Source: Felis catus
Lineage: Eukaryota
Length of the DNA: 64,000 bases
Reading direction: 5' to 3'
NCBI RefSeq assembly: GCF_018350175.1
Contig: NC_058368.1
Coordinates: forward strand, 124,746,001 to 124,810,000
Shown here: positions 12,151-24,390 of the stretch, in pieces
How the letters are laid out: each line of letters starts with the position of its first letter
Numbering within the stretch: position 1 is the stretch's first letter
Made by a program: the position numbers and the translations under genes
The notes under the pieces: generated by a model
The model's input: the letters and a program-made list of their open reading frames with translations, nothing else
Database searches by the model: none
Told to the model about the DNA's origin: nothing

Positions 12151-12924
12151 TTAAAAAAATTTTTTTAAACAAATAAATAAACGGTTTCAGTGCAACTGCA
12201 TGGAGGCAGAGTAATGGGTGCAATGACCATTCAGTAGTACTGGTTGCATGACCTGTGTAAGGTCATCCTTCCCTGCCCTACTCTACCAGCTCTGCCAATC
12301 CATAGGATCACTGACACCTTCCCAGCAGAAATGGCTCTCCTTCATGAGTTTCACAGAGATTTTAATCTGTAATCAGGATTCTGAATAAGAACTTCATGAA
12401 CTGCTACTCATGACCCAAGTTGGCAAAAAGGGCCAAGTCTATCTGCCAGCATCAGTGGACAACAATGATGATAAAGACCATGGGCCAAAGAATCTGAAGG
12501 AGAACAAATGTGCACACACCAAACTTGCCGCCTGATTACTTGGTGACAGATGCTGGCCTGGATTTAAAGGGCACCAAGATAACCCCCAATTAAATCTCTT
12601 TCCCATCCACAAGAAAAGCAATGCAGTAGGGTGAATAGAGGATAATGGTTATTTCTCCCCCAAGTAAAACACAGGCAATAAAAACAATAAAGTTCCTACC
12701 AGCCAGATACAACTAGTGACATATATTCCAGGTAAGTGGCCATTTGCAAATCTGTCCTAGATCAAAGATAGCAGAGAACAGTCCTCCAAAAAATGAAAGA
12801 ATATTTTCTCATTTTCTTTGATGCCATTCAAAATGTAACATTCACAAATATGACATACTTTTCCATTCGATTGGCATTATCAATGTTTTCTCCATCACTT
12901 TTTAAAGTCTAGACTCTAGACAAT

Positions 12925-13318
12925 CAACATTGGATCAAGCCGCAATGTGCAACATTTGTGAGTGTCTATGGTTTAAATACTTCCACCATGGTCAGTTTCA
13001 AGCTTCCAATATAACATTACTGAAAACAGAGTTGGAAAGGGGTGAACAACAGCCCACCATTATACAGTGTTTCTAACACACAGATACAATAGATATAAGC
13101 AATCTCAAGAGCACAGAAATATCTAAATGCAGTAAAATAATTAGGAAGTGATGAGTTTTTAGGATGCTATTATCTTCATGTTTAATATAATTTTTTAGTC
13201 ATGAGTTTATACAACTTAACTTTTAATAATGGCTGTATATAACAGGGCTCACATAACTCCTAAAAACTGAACTATCAGTTCTCAAGAACCAGTATGAGCC
13301 AGATCTAACACAACATGG
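12925..13318. mobile_element. MER63-like non-autonomous hAT DNA transposon
   Basis: aattaggaagtgatgagtttt...tttaataatggctgt...ccagtatgagccag..ctaacacaacatg matches the recalled MER63 end. Confidence 0.7.
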
Positions 13319-13789
13319 ATTCCACTCATTCCTAAGACCTACCTATATTCCCATCCTGATTTCAGGAGCTGACAAATGCCCTCATTTGTCCAGTCTATAT
13401 AGATCCAGTTGCTTTCTGGTCACCTTCAACCAAAAGAATCTTGGCTTATTAAAGAGATCCCTGGCAGCTAAAGCAGATGAAGATGGCTTCATCTAAGAGG
13501 CAAGGTTACAGCTAACACCTATGAAGGAGAATCTTCCAGCCAACTTAGATTTTTTTTTTTTAACTGGACTTCCCACCTTGTTAAATAAAATTTCCAACTA
13601 TGAAAAGCCTGGGCATGCCATGCAATGGTCACTTTAAATGTCTTCCCCACATGAAGAATGTTTAATCAGCTGAGCAGAGCCTGCAGGCCCCACAGGAGTC
13701 GGGAGGATGTTAACAGCTCACAACCACTCCTGCATTCCCAGGAGCCCCAGCATCACTTTGTGAAACTGCACAGGGTGGAGTCCTGGCTT

Positions 13790-14270
13790 TTCCCTGGGGA
13801 GGAAGTGGCTGCTGAAATGCCAGATGTGCCATTCCCACAGCAGCTGGTGGAGGGCCCATCTCTCCCAGGGTAAGGAGCAGCCTCCGCAGAGACCAAGCCC
13901 CGGAAGTCTACAAAATTTCCACAGACTTGCCAGGAGAACCCAAAGCTGTGCAGGGCCTGAGGCAACACTGGATGATAAATAGAACATTATTCAGGGCTGA
14001 TGCTCCCACCCACCTCCTTTGTTTCCGGCCACCAGTGTTTGGAAAACCTGTTTAAAGAGTTATTCCAAGTGTTTTCAAGCCTCTGATCTGTCTTCAAAAA
14101 TATCCTTGAAGAGGAAACAAAGGTTGTTTGCTAACAGTGGACTGGGTAGAAATGACCAGGAAAAGTCTTTCCAGCACACCTAGATGAAAGCCACAAATCA
14201 GGTTTGGGGAGGGCTTGGAACCAGCCTGCTGTGCTCTGCTTGTCCTGCATTTTAAAAAGGGGCGGGAGGG
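13790..14270. promoter_or_regulatory. Candidate enhancer or weak promoter (ETS/GC-box motif cluster)
   Basis: Non-repetitive, locally GC-richer, several retained CpGs; GAGGAAGTG 13799, CCGGAAGT 13900, TGATAA 13973, TTTCCGG 14022, GGGGCGGGA 14259. Motif evidence only. Confidence 0.3.
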
Positions 14271-16021
14271 GGGGCAGCTGAAGTCCACTCCTCTGTGTGA
14301 AAGCTGGGGGGTGGAAAGATGAGGGCAGAAGAGAAATGGGGGAGCAGAGGTGGGGAAGCTACAGATGATTGGAAAGAGGGAGACGGCGAGACATGGAAAA
14401 ACAGCAGGGAAATCAAGTGAAATCTTGTTTAATATACATTTTCTCAAGGGGGTTGAGCTGAACTCTACAGTCATGCATCCAGAGTTGATTAAAAACCTGA
14501 AATTTCCTGTAATTGGACCTCATTAATAAATTCCTCAGGGTTCCAGGAGGCTCTGAAGAGGTAAAACAAGGGTTTGGAGAGATGAGAGCAACGGGAGGTT
14601 GTACAATCCCAGACCATGGAGTTAATTCCATTTAATCAGCCTGGAGAAAGTCTGTATTCACAACAATCCCTGGAACCTGCTGAGCGCTCCTTCAGCAGGG
14701 CAGGATTTTCTCTCATTCACTGCATCCTTACTTTTTAACCCCTACTTCCAACATGGATAACGAACTGCCCCAAAGTTCTCTGCAAGTCAAGTGCAAGTCA
14801 ACTTAAGGAACCTCACTGCTGCTGTGGTGGGTGTAAATTCCAGTGATTGAAACAAGAGAGGCTGCCACCTCCCAACCTCCTCTGTTCATCTTCATCCACC
14901 ATGTTCACCACAGCTTTGCCACACCCATCTCCTCCCCTTCTGCCTTTATTCCCCCTCTATCCTCAGTTGTTAGTTTGACCTCACATTAGCACAATCCCAA
15001 ACCTCATTTGAGACATTAGCATTGGTTAGTTGCCACACATTGGCTTGCTGAGTGATTAATAAAGTGGCAAGTGTGCTTGGTGTAAAATGTACCTTCTCTC
15101 TTTCCTCTAGTAGAGTGAGCCGGAGATACAAAATGCCCAAAGATCAGAAATCTAGGAAAAAACAAGCAGCAAAGGGGGATGTCCAATTTAGGAAGTCAAT
15201 TTCTAAATAGGAAAGGACAAGGGTCAAACTGTCAGGGTTCCAAATGGCTCCTTCTCACAGTATTAATACCTTACAAATTTCTCCTTCCCTTTTTGGGCAT
15301 TTCAGTGAGAAGTGTCATCTGGTAAGACCAGAATGGAAGAGCCACAGTAATATCAACCTCCATCCTCAAGGATCATTAACCTCCATCCCCAAGGACCCCA
15401 AGGTCACTGGTCCTCAGAATAAGATTCACCCCAGGACGTAGGCAATGTGTCTTCTGTGGGATGTGATTATTTTCGTTGTCCAGACTAGAGTTAAGCTGCA
15501 GAGAAAAGGGGATGGAGATGGAGAAGAGAGGAAAGGTCAACTTACCAGAGATAGTGGAACCAGAAGAGGTGGTTAAGCCAGACCTGCAGTTACCTTCTTA
15601 TTGCACCCACCCACCCACAGTTATCTTCACACCCTAAATAAGCCTCAGAACATAAGAACAGGCTACCTTTTTCACTTGTAACTTAGCCTCTATTTTCCTG
15701 TTCCCTTACCAGGCTGCATTTGGAGATGTTCTTCCTCTCAACTCTTCATCTTCCTTAATTCTAACATACCCTCACTCTCACCCCAATACAGAAAAAAGAA
15801 GTTTCTTTGCACTGCTTTTCCTAATGACTATAGAGAAATTTCAGATGACCCAGTGTTTCCATTAGAATGAATGGTGTCTCAGCTGTAGCTCTCCCTCTTC
15901 TTGAAGGCTGTCTTTGTGTTCTTTCTCCCAGCATGGGCCATTATACTCAGGCCATCAAGAAGGAAAAGACTGATGAATGTATCTACCAAAAATAAAAATT
16001 AGATTAAGAAATAAACTTCCA

Positions 16022-16177
16022 GTGGCAACCGGGTGGCTCAGTAGTTTAACCATTTGCCTCTTAATTTCAGTTCAGGTCACGATCTCACAGTGGTGGGTTC
16101 AAGCATTAAGTTGGGTGCCATGCTGGGCATGAAGCCTGCTTAAGATTCTCTCTCTCCCCTCTCTCTGCCCCTCCTCA

Positions 16178-16230
<53 letters not shown>

Positions 16231-16248
16231 AATAATAATAATAATAAT
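16022..16248 (+). mobile_element. Older Can-SINE with (CT)n and (AAT)n tail
   Basis: gggtggctcag...tcaggtcacgatctcacag...gaagcctgcttaagattctctctct; imperfect TSD aacttcca/aacctcca. Confidence 0.9.
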
Positions 16249-16715
16249 TAACCTCCATATGGCAAATACAGTGGACATCATAAACGAAGTCCAAAGACAA
16301 AAACTGAAGAAAATTTCTCAAAATATATCTGAGAAAGGTATGGTTTCTTAATAAACAAAGAATCTTTATAATTCAGTAAGACAAAAGAACAAAGGAAATT
16401 AACTTCTCAGTAAAAAAAAAAAAAGAGAGAGATAATAGGTGTACAACATTACTCAACATTAAAAAGGTAAAAAAAAATCAAAACAAGTCACTATTTTTCC
16501 CTATCAGGTTGGAAAATACTAAAGGTTTGGTAATCCTCCATATTGGTGACAATGTGGAGAAATAGTCACATACTGTTGGTAGAAGTCTCCGTAAGTATAG
16601 TTTTGCAAAAGTAAATTTGGCAACATCTAGCAAAGTTAAAAAACGTACATATATTTTGACTCAGAAATTACATTATGAGAAATGTATTCTATAGATATAA
16701 AAGTACCCAAAAATA

Positions 16716-16904
16716 GGGGTACCTGGGTGGCTCTATCAGTTAAGCATCCAACTTGTCTCAGGTCATGATCTTGCAGTTCGTGGGTTTGAGCCCCACATCA
16801 GGCTCTGTGCCTGGAGCCTGCTTCACATTCTGTCTCCCTCTCACTTTCTGCCCCTCCCCTGCTCATACTATGTCTCTGTCTCTCAAAAATAAATAAATAT
16901 TTTT
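16716..16904 (+). mobile_element. Can-SINE
   Basis: ggggtacctgggtggc...tctcaaaaataaataaa; perfect 16-bp TSD aaagtacccaaaaata (16700-16715 / 16905-16920). Confidence 0.96.
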
Positions 16905-17040
16905 AAAGTACCCAAAAATACATGTACAAAGGTGGTCAATGAAACTTTATTTGAAATTTTTAAAATTTTCCACAAATAGACCATTAGTACATTGTGTGTT
17001 TTTTTTTTTTAATTCTAGGAAAGAAAATGGTAAAGGTAGG

Positions 17041-17401
17041 TGTCTTAGTCCATTCAAACTGCTATGACAAAATACTACAGACTGGATGCTTAAAACAAAA
17101 GAAATTTATTGCTCACAGTTCTGGAGGCTGGAAAATCCAAGGTGAAGGTACCAGTATAATCACCTTCTGGTGAGAGCCCCTTTTCTGGTTCATAGGACAG
17201 CAACTTCTCACTGTGTCCTCACATGGTGAAAGATCGGGGTCTCTCTGGAGCCTCTTTTACAAAGCACTAATCCCATTCATGAGGCCTCTGCCCTCATGAT
17301 CTAATCAGCACTCAAAGGTCATCATCTAATACTATCATCTTTGGGAGTTATGACCTCAAAATATAAGTTTTGAGGTGGCGAGAAATATTCAGACCATACC
17401 A
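17041..17401 (-). mobile_element. MaLR MLT1A-like solo LTR, apparently complete
   Basis: TG...CA ends; aaatttattgctcacagttctggaggctgg, tgtgtcctcacatgg, ctaatcccattcatgagg, attcagaccata; flanks gtagg/ctagg (4 of 5 match, TSD-like). Confidence 0.88.
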
Positions 17402-17954
17402 CTAGGAATGAAGGTAAGAAGAGAGGCTTTTTATTTTTTATCTAAAATTTTTCTGTTTGTCTTAATTTTTTACCAAGTGTATTAAAAAAATTCCTTTTCA
17501 AATCAATAAAAAACAAACAAAAAAACCCTCCAGCTATACATGCTGTTTCTGGTCGCTAACTCCTTGCTGGTGCCCAATAATTCCCCAAGACAAACATATG
17601 ATTCACCTACTCAGTCCCAATTAACCAACACTTCAAATTGAGCAAAACCTTTGATTGAAATGCTCTGCATCAGGATAGTTGACAAAAGACAAAAAAAATT
17701 AATTTCTTGATGGTCTCTTTCTCAATGACTGGTTCAGAAACAGTTGACAAAGGCTATATAGCACAGGCAATCAAGTGAGATTTTGGAGCAAGCAACTCTA
17801 GCTTCATCCTGCTTCTTCATGATGGGGACTGGGAACAGATCAGGGAGGTGGGTAGTCCCATGGGCACCTACCACTTTGACACCAACTGGCCCGGCTCTGT
17901 CTACTGTACCCACTGTCAGAAACATTCAGGAAGGCTTAGAATCGTGCCGCGGGG

Positions 17955-18300
17955 TATGATTCCAACTATATGACATTCTGGACAGTAAAAAGATCAGTGG
18001 TTGCCAGAAGAGGGAGTAGGGGGGGATGAATAGGTAGAACACAAAGGGTTTTTAGGATAATTTTGTATGACCCTATAATGGTAGCTACTTGTCATTATAC
18101 ATTCACAAACCCACAGAATCAAAAGTACCAAGAGTAAACTTAATGTAAACTATGGACTATGGGTAATTATGAAGTACGGATGCAGGTTCATGGAATGTAA
18201 CAAAGGTACCGCTCTGGTGGGGGGTGTTGACAACAGAGATGGCTATGGAGGTATGGGCACAATTGGTATATAGGAAACCTCTGTACCTTCCTCTCAAAAA
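17955..18300 (+). mobile_element. L1MC-type 3' fragment
   Basis: tatgattccaactatatgacattctgga; aacccacagaat; taatgtaaactatggact; tgtaacaaaggtaccgctctggtgggg. Confidence 0.85.
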
Positions 18301-19555
18301 ACAAAACAAAAAATTACAGAACAGATATTGTTTAATGTATGCTTGTTATAGGCTAAATAAAAGCAAATCCTGCCCCAGGCATTGTTACCACATCCACTAG
18401 GATGAAGGACAGTGCTGTGTTCTCATCTCTCACCTACTTCCTACATAGTCCAGGACCCTTTTCACCCTTGACTGTACTCCTCAGGGCTTGGCCAGGTTTC
18501 ACCCATAATTTCACTTGTAAATATTTGGGGATAAAGTGGGGACTTTACATACTCCACATACATTTATAACTTGGAATTTTACAAGAAGATCATCACGCAC
18601 TGCTTCTATAAAAATAAAATAAATAGAACTTTGTAGTATTATATAAATTAAGCCTCTGATGTCAGTTGTAAGGCAGATGTGCGCTCAAACCTTTCTACTC
18701 TCTTGGATTTGTTAAATTTGGCCTGAATCCCCCTTCTGAGGCTTGATATAGTTCTATCCCCTTCCCACAATTTTCCTGCCTTCATTTATCTTCCTCTTTG
18801 CCTTTGCCCTGCTGCCTTCTCATGTGTTGTCTCAATAGAACCCACATGAGGATGTCCTCAGAGTCCATCCCCTTCTCTGTTCCCACAAGAAACCCAGGCT
18901 CACTCAGCACTTTGTCAGTTTAGTAATTCTCTGGGGAGTTATGAGAAGCATAGCATGGTTCCATTGCCCAATACCTGATCCCCACCATTTTCAGCACACT
19001 GGGGAGTGGAGTTCACATTATCTCACTGCCTGCCTTCCTCAGTCCCCCTTAGGAACACTGATGAATCCATTTCTTTCCATTTTAACACAAACGAATTCTA
19101 GCTAATTTAAACCAAAAGAACTATGTGATAAGGATATAGGAAATCTCAGGAAATTCAGATGGACTGTAAGAAGAACCAAAAAGCCCTGGGCAGGACTGTC
19201 TTTGTATCTCTCCTCTCTGCTTATCTATGTGCTGCTTTCTTCTCTCCCTATAATGCCTTTTCTCTGCTTCTCCATCCACATAGGGGTATGTGGCTGCACC
19301 CTAGTTACCAAGTGTCCAGCTACATAGAAAAATAAACTGGCTGCTTTAGAACACCAATCCCAAATTCCTGGGAAAAAGTGTCAGAAAGGTCCTTGCCTAT
19401 TATCTCCAGCCAGGAGGAAAAGGGTCTTATAGCATTAGGTCACATGAAAGATGGATTAGGGCTAGGCACCTCTTGGGTCCTTAATTGTCTTGTCTATGAA
19501 ATTAAGATAATTATCCATCCAGAGAGAGTGGTTGAAAGTGTGGGGCACTCTCATT

Positions 19556-19769
19556 TTTTAAAATAAATGTTTGTTTATTTATTTTGAGACAAAGAGATAG
19601 ACAGCAAGTAGGAGAGGGGCAGAGAGAGAGGGACACAGAGAATCTCAAGCAGGCTCCACACTGTCAGCACAGAGCCCGATGTAGGGTTCAAACCCACAAA
19701 CCATGGGATCATGACCTGAGCCAAAACCAAGAGTTGAACACTTAACCAACTGAGCTACCCAGGCATCCC
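19556..19769 (-). mobile_element. Can-SINE
   Basis: Antisense SINE body; ctctcattt on both flanks. Confidence 0.93.
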
Positions 19770-19859
19770 AGGATGCTCTCATTTACCTGAAGCATCCACT
19801 TCACAGTGGGTTCTCAGAAAATGCTGACTCTTCTTCCTTTATTCAATTCTTGATGGAGT

Positions 19860-20200
19860 GACGGTAATCCTTCTATAATAACATCTGGCCATGTTACTCC
19901 CCTGCTTAAAGCCTTTCTGTGGCTCCTCCATAAACCCTTAGAATAAAATCCTGTCTCCTAAGGATAATACAAAAGGCCCTTAAAGTCTCTCTGTTCTCCA
20001 AACTACTCACTCCCCATCACACCTATGCTCCTGCCATACCAAACCACTTTCAGTTCTCAGCACCCATCAAATTCTATCTTTCCCTGTTCCTCTTCTCCCC
20101 ATTCATTCTTCCAATCTTGTCTACTTCTTCCTCAGGAAAATCTTCCTTGGCCATCACTTCTCCCCCACAAGGCTGAACTCTCTCCCAAATACTCCTGCAC
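19860..20200 (+). mobile_element. L2 fragment
   Basis: ccatgttactcccctgcttaaagcctttc.gtggctcc...agaataaaatcc is a typical L2 motif. Confidence 0.6.
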
Positions 20201-20712
20201 AGAAACCTTCCTCAGCCTTGCACAGAAATCTTCCCAACCTATCTAGCTTAACAGCTCTAGAGACTGTGCATTGCAAGGCAGCCCATTCCACTAATTTCTA
20301 AAAGGTTCTACCATCTTCATCCCAACTTCATCCCCACTCATCCTTTCATCAAGAGAACTGAAAATGTCTCCCCAAAATTCCCACCCACCCATCACAGCTT
20401 TTACCGTGGAACAATGTTCAAATTACTGGAAGCTTGAGTCAGTCACCCTCACCCCCACTTCCCCAAATTTATCTCTCCAGCCCCTTCACTTGACTTCAGG
20501 AGGTGTGGTTCAGAAAACATTCATCATCCCATAACATCCTCTAGTTTATCCCTATTTTTCTCAAAGCCTAGTGCTCAAATGTGAGTCTAACCACCACCAC
20601 CTTCCTGATTATGGATCCTACAAACTTATACAGTCTCAGACTGAGTCACTCAAGTGAGACACCTACCTAGGTCCTATGAGCTTCTGGGCAACCACACCCC
20701 CTCCAAGTCCTT

Positions 20713-20927
20713 TTTTTTTTTTAACATTTATTTATTATTGAGAAACAGAGAGACACAGAGTGTGAGAAGGGGAGGGGCAGAGAGAGGGGGAGACATAGAA
20801 TCTGAAATAGGTTCCAGGCTCTGAGCTGTCAGCACAGAGCCCAATGCGGGGCTTGAACTCACAAACTGTGAGATCATGACCTAAGCCAAAGTCAGTTGCC
20901 CAACCAACTGAGCCACCCAGGTGCCCC
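20713..20927 (-). mobile_element. Can-SINE
   Basis: Antisense SINE body; TSD cctccaagtcctt (20700-20712 / 20928-20940). Confidence 0.96.
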
Positions 20928-21134
20928 CCTCCAAGTCCTTATCATAGGACCTGATATCATGCTAAGTCCCATCTCTCTCCACCCCAGACTTAATGCAAGT
21001 CACTGAAGCTACCCAACAAGCCAAGGGCAGAGACCAGGAGACATCTCAAGATTTATTATTTCTAACACAGCATGGTTCAACAATTAATCTGTCCACAATC
21101 TTTGAATTGATGGTCTTATATACGCTGAAAATAA

Positions 21135-21275
21135 CAGTTAGTGTGGCTACTGAGGTCTACTTTGTGTCAGGCTCTGGGCTAAAGAGTATACATGCATTTT
21201 ATCATTTAACCCTCACAACAAGTACTTTACAGATGAGGAAACGGAAGTTTAGAGAGATTAATAAATTTAATCAAT
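21135..21275 (-). mobile_element. MIR fragment
   Basis: tcatttaaccctcacaacaa...tttacagatgaggaaacgga MIR core. Confidence 0.7.
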
Positions 21276-23494
21276 AGCTCTATAGAACGGGAGGTCAGGT
21301 TAAATAAAAAACAATAATGTCTCAGAGCATATCAAATATGGAAGCTTTAGAGGCCCATATTCCTCTATCATCATTAGGAGTCTCCTAATTTTAAACTCCT
21401 AATACCCAAAGTATTTCATTTAAACATATGAGAAAGAGGACTCACATCAATCAGGTGAAGTCTGAAGGTCCAGAGCAACAGCCCAGCTTTCAGGTATTCA
21501 TCTTTGCAGGTGTTCACTTCCCTTCTTACACAATATATATGGACAGCACACAGCTTTTGTCTTACCCATACACCCCCTTTTATTAACCTGAATGCAGTGT
21601 GAGAAGAGATTTTGCAGGCTTGCAAAGGTTCTGTAGACATTTGCTCTCTTTCTTACAATACATAACACCAGCATTGGCTGGGTTGGTTCCCATGTAAAGA
21701 AGGGCTCATAAGCCTATTGCCCTCTGCTGATACTGATCAACTTGACTGGCAGGTAGAGAAGTCTTCAATCACACTACTTCCCTTGTAATCACAGTATAAT
21801 GAAGAGAGATTTGTCCACCAAACCTTTCACCCAGTCCTGGAGATCAGGAGGACCAGAGGCTGTCAGCCTGGGCAAAGGCTCCCCATGGAAATTTCTGCTG
21901 CTCTAACTTAGAACTTGCCTTGCTTGTTCTGAAGCTGGATCAAACATCTGACTGCTCATTGTGTGGCTTCCCAGAAGATTCAGAAACATGCTTGATGTGG
22001 GTATGAGATGGGGACAGGGGAATTCTTGTGGCCTACAGGGCAGAGAAGGGTTCCAAACACAACATTAGGGTTTGGCAAAACCCAAGAACATCATGCCAAG
22101 ACCTTTTCCCTTCACTTTTGAGCCCATATGCATTTCAAAGGGAATTCAGTCCTTATTTCAGGAATAAGTGCACATGTATCATTAGTGTGCAGTAATATTA
22201 GCACTAAGCACTAATGTCTGAAATGTCCCTCTCTTTTTTTTCTTATCCAACTTCTGCTAATCTGTCAGAATCCAGTTCCTTTCCACCAAGACTCTTCTAG
22301 TAAGTCTTCTATGAACACTCTACTTCCATGGTAACCACTAGCCTATGACAACACTACACTTATTGCTAGTAAGGTGGCTTTTGACCATGTGAAGCCTTAC
22401 AGCATCTTTTGAGTTGCTTTATTTGCATATACATACACACGTGTATACATACACATAAGACAACTTTTAATGCACTTATTCAAAATTGGTTTACTGAGGA
22501 CCTACTATTGCCAAACCCAAGCTGTGACTGGGGATGCAATGGAGAACAAGATAATCAGGTCTTGGCCCTTCCAGACCTCACAGTGGGGAATCATCAGTCA
22601 GAATTCAGTGCAGACAACAGAACTCACTCTAGCTATTTCCGACTGCAAAGCAGTTAGCCTAGGGATTGGAGTGCTTACAAAACCACTGGACGGGCTAAAG
22701 AGGAAGTTAAGGGGTTACTGCTGGACAACTTATTTTGAAGGCATAGAGTTCTATGACCTTGAAGTAGGACAGATTCTGCAGCTACTGACACTGCTATACC
22801 CCACAAGTGATTTGCCCATAAAGCTGGAGGCTAGACATGGAATGCTTAGTCTACCCACCACAATCAACTCTAATGTCTACAGAGCCTTGGTTGCCTGGAA
22901 AAGAACTTTATAGATATCTTCCAAATTTTAGAAAGAGAAGAAGGGAAAGACAAGTGTGGCCACAGACTGATGTATTCTGGACAGTACAGCACACCAGTCA
23001 GTACTAAACACACAAGACTGAACTGCCTACTCCATTCTGCAGATGATAGATTTTTAACTCAGACAATACTTCACATTTCTCTCTTGGGATAAAATGGTTC
23101 CTACACTTCTTTTTAGCTGAAAAACCTCTACTCATCTTTGAAGATACAGCTCAAGCACCACCTCTTCCATGAGGTCTTTCTTCATGCTGCTAAGATAAGA
23201 ACTGGCTACTCTCTCCTTGGGCTACTCTATCTTTCCCATGGAAGCAGACACAGACTTTCATCATGGTGCCTGCTAAACTTATTTCCACTCATACCAGTTT
23301 TTCTGCTTAACTGTCAGCTCTTTAAAGCAATTCTGTGGCTCGTAACAGATACAGAATTAATGACTGCTGAATGAAGAGCCAAGGCTGGGGTCCTTACCAC
23401 AAACTCAAAATGTAGGTGGTGATTCCACCTGTTCCCCTATTGGGTCAGAGAACTGAGTGAGTGAGTCCCCTGTTTTCACAGATGCTAAAATTTT

Positions 23495-23717
23495 TTTTTT
23501 ATTAATTTTTTTTTCAACGTTTATTTATTTTTGGGACAGAGAGAGACAGAGCATGAACGGGGGAGGGGCAGAGAGAGAGGGAGACACAGAATCGGAAACA
23601 GGCTCCAGGCTCTGAGCCATCAGCCCAGAGCCTGACGCGGGGCTCGAACTCACGGACCGCGAGATCGTGACCTGGCTGAAGTCCGACGCTTAACCGACTG
23701 CGCCACCCAGGCGCCCC
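23495..23717 (-). mobile_element. Very young feline Can-SINE (SINEC_Fc-like)
   Basis: CpGs intact; near-identical to the SINE at 48014; perfect 17-bp TSD acagatgctaaaatttt (23478-23494 / 23718-23734). Confidence 0.98.
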
Positions 23718-23834
23718 ACAGATGCTAAAATTTTGAACAAAGTTAGTACATCTTAGCTCTGGTACAGTTTGGGGCAATTGCAAGGCACTGGGATGGCTTG
23801 AGCAGAGACTAGGAAACAGAAAAATATTAGTATC

Positions 23835-24390
23835 TGTTAGGATTCTTTTCATTGCAATTAAAAGAGTTAAGCTAACAGAAACTGGTTTAACTAGCAAGAA
23901 CTCAGCTCAAATTAGATTTAAAAAAGGGGAGGGGGAATGTACTCACCAGCATAACTGAAAGGTCAGTGTGCTGGCTTCAGGCATAGTTGGATCCAGTCTA
24001 CATCCTATATCATCAGTGTCACTCTGGCTCAGTTTTCCTCTGTGACTTATATTCTAACATTGACTCTTCCCATGTGATAGCAAAGCTCCCAACTTACACA
24101 GTACCCAGCAGGCAGCCTCAGTGAAAACAGAGAGTCTCTTACCCAATACTTCCACAAAATCTTTCATGTAGCCCAGTCCGGGTCCCAACTATCCTGGACC
24201 AAAAGCTAGGAAGACAGAAGATGTAGGTAGGCCAGGGTGCTGTGCCCAACCTGAAATGAGGGGGCTTCTATGGTCTGGTTAACCCCATAAAAGCCTATAG
24301 GCTGAGCTTGGAAAGTGGTGGCCTATAAAAAAAGTTGAGGTGGTGTTATGAGAAAAAAAAGAGTATGAACGGTGGGTAGGAAAAATAACA
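23835..24390 (-). mobile_element. Old MaLR MLT1 (K/L-like) LTR remnant
   Basis: gttaggattctttt..ttgcaa; ataactgaaaggtc; ggcttcaggcatagttggatccag. Confidence 0.55.

Larger units (their letters stand above)
15960..16980 (+). mobile_element. Ancient L1 ORF2/3' fragment interrupted by two SINEs
   Basis: catcataaacgaagtccaaagacaa; catactgttggtagaagt; aatttggcaacatctagcaaagtt; ttttgactcagaaatt. Confidence 0.6.

Noticed and set aside
22470..22913. 147-aa ORF
   Set aside because: Appears to overlap decayed L2/LTR-like sequence; no recognisable domain.
23514..23897. SINE-overlapping ORFs (also 12032, 25792, 28785, 35999, 47973)
   Set aside because: Translations of Can-SINE bodies, a common source of spurious ORFs.
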